The notes beneath the pieces are model-generated. The model had not been told where the DNA came from. It searched no databases and was given only the letters and a program-made list of their open reading frames with translations. DNA of 63,900 bases, the filler included, from Octopus bimaculoides (Eukaryota): the NCBI RefSeq assembly GCF_001194135.2. It is 5 parts of 4 records of this genome, joined end to end, with 100 filler letters (N's around TTAATTAATTAA, not from the genome) between each part and the next. Parts side by side here need not be neighbours in the genome. Positions count along the whole stretch, not along the records: positions 61,275 to 63,900 come from NC_069000.1; 4 more parts are not named here. The stretch is one strand, 5' to 3'. Made by a program: the position numbers and the translations under genes. Shown in pieces: positions 63,224 through 63,900 of the stretch. The stretch's first letter is position 1. The number at the start of each line of letters is the position of its first letter.

Positions 63224-63865
63224 TATATGCTAGTCTATTAAACAAAGTGTCTTGGGAAATACATACACTGCGCATGGATACTTGGAAATTATTTTATGAA
63301 TAGAGGAGCTATGCATGAATTGCTTCGAGTTTTAACTACGGAAAGCGCAACATTTGAACGCCTTTATATGAGGTGTACCTTTCAGCAGCTATGCAACCTC
63401 ATATAACATGATAGCATTGTGAGAAAATACGTGAAAATTATAGAAAGAAATATTCTAAGGGAATGAAGAGTGGAAGATAATTCCATGCATAGTATCTAGG
63501 TTAGAGACTTACCAGATGATACTTTATACACAAAATAAAACACAGTAAACACTCAATGTAATCGAATCATCTCTCAAAATTTTTTAGTCTTCCGGCTGAA
63601 TCAGGAACAACGATTTTTATTCCTTTTCTACCTGTTGTACAAAATAAATAATGCACTAATTGAAAGAGAAGAGTTATCCTGTTGTTTATTGTTACGAGTG
63701 TTCTCAGATTTAAGAAATATAGGATGGAGAGTACAGGATGGCATGAACCTGTAGGTTGATAATTAGTGTCCTGAGTCAAAACATCTTTATACATATATAC
63801 ATACATGCATGCATACATACATGCATACATACATACATGCATACATACATACATGCATACAAAAT

Positions 63866-63900
<35 letters not shown>

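Overview
Repeat-dense, AT-rich animal genomic DNA. The SINE, LINE and microsatellite repertoire looks cephalopod (Octopus-like); that species call is an inference. The window is not one contig: four identical 100-bp joints (44 N + TTAATTAATTAA + 44 N) split it into five pieces, and there are many other N gaps. Supported genes are four 3' exons of an SLC16/monocarboxylate-transporter-family MFS gene (+ strand, 56.5-60.3 kb; the 5' half is not visible) and a divergent pair of tRNA-Pro(AGG) genes (9.3-9.7 kb), one of which is damaged. The rest is mainly tRNA-derived SINEs, RTE/R4-Dong/CR1-like LINE and Gypsy remnants, mariner and hAT derivatives, MITEs, Penelope-like remnants, a 6.8-kb CT satellite and microsatellites. 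Almost all long ORFs in the track are microsatellite or N-gap artefacts. The most interesting object is a 505-bp insertion (10531-11035) flanked by an 11-bp target duplication. It joins a Pol III tRNA-like head to a minimal hammerhead-ribozyme motif and carries an inverted second copy of that motif, consistent with a SINE-like passenger of Penelope-like elements. Other notable items are a mariner built from two 5' ends, a circularly permuted duplication, a triple-C2H2 RTE tail, and a CpG-depleted 22-kb domain that suggests an unannotated methylated gene body. Most SINE boundaries are approximate.
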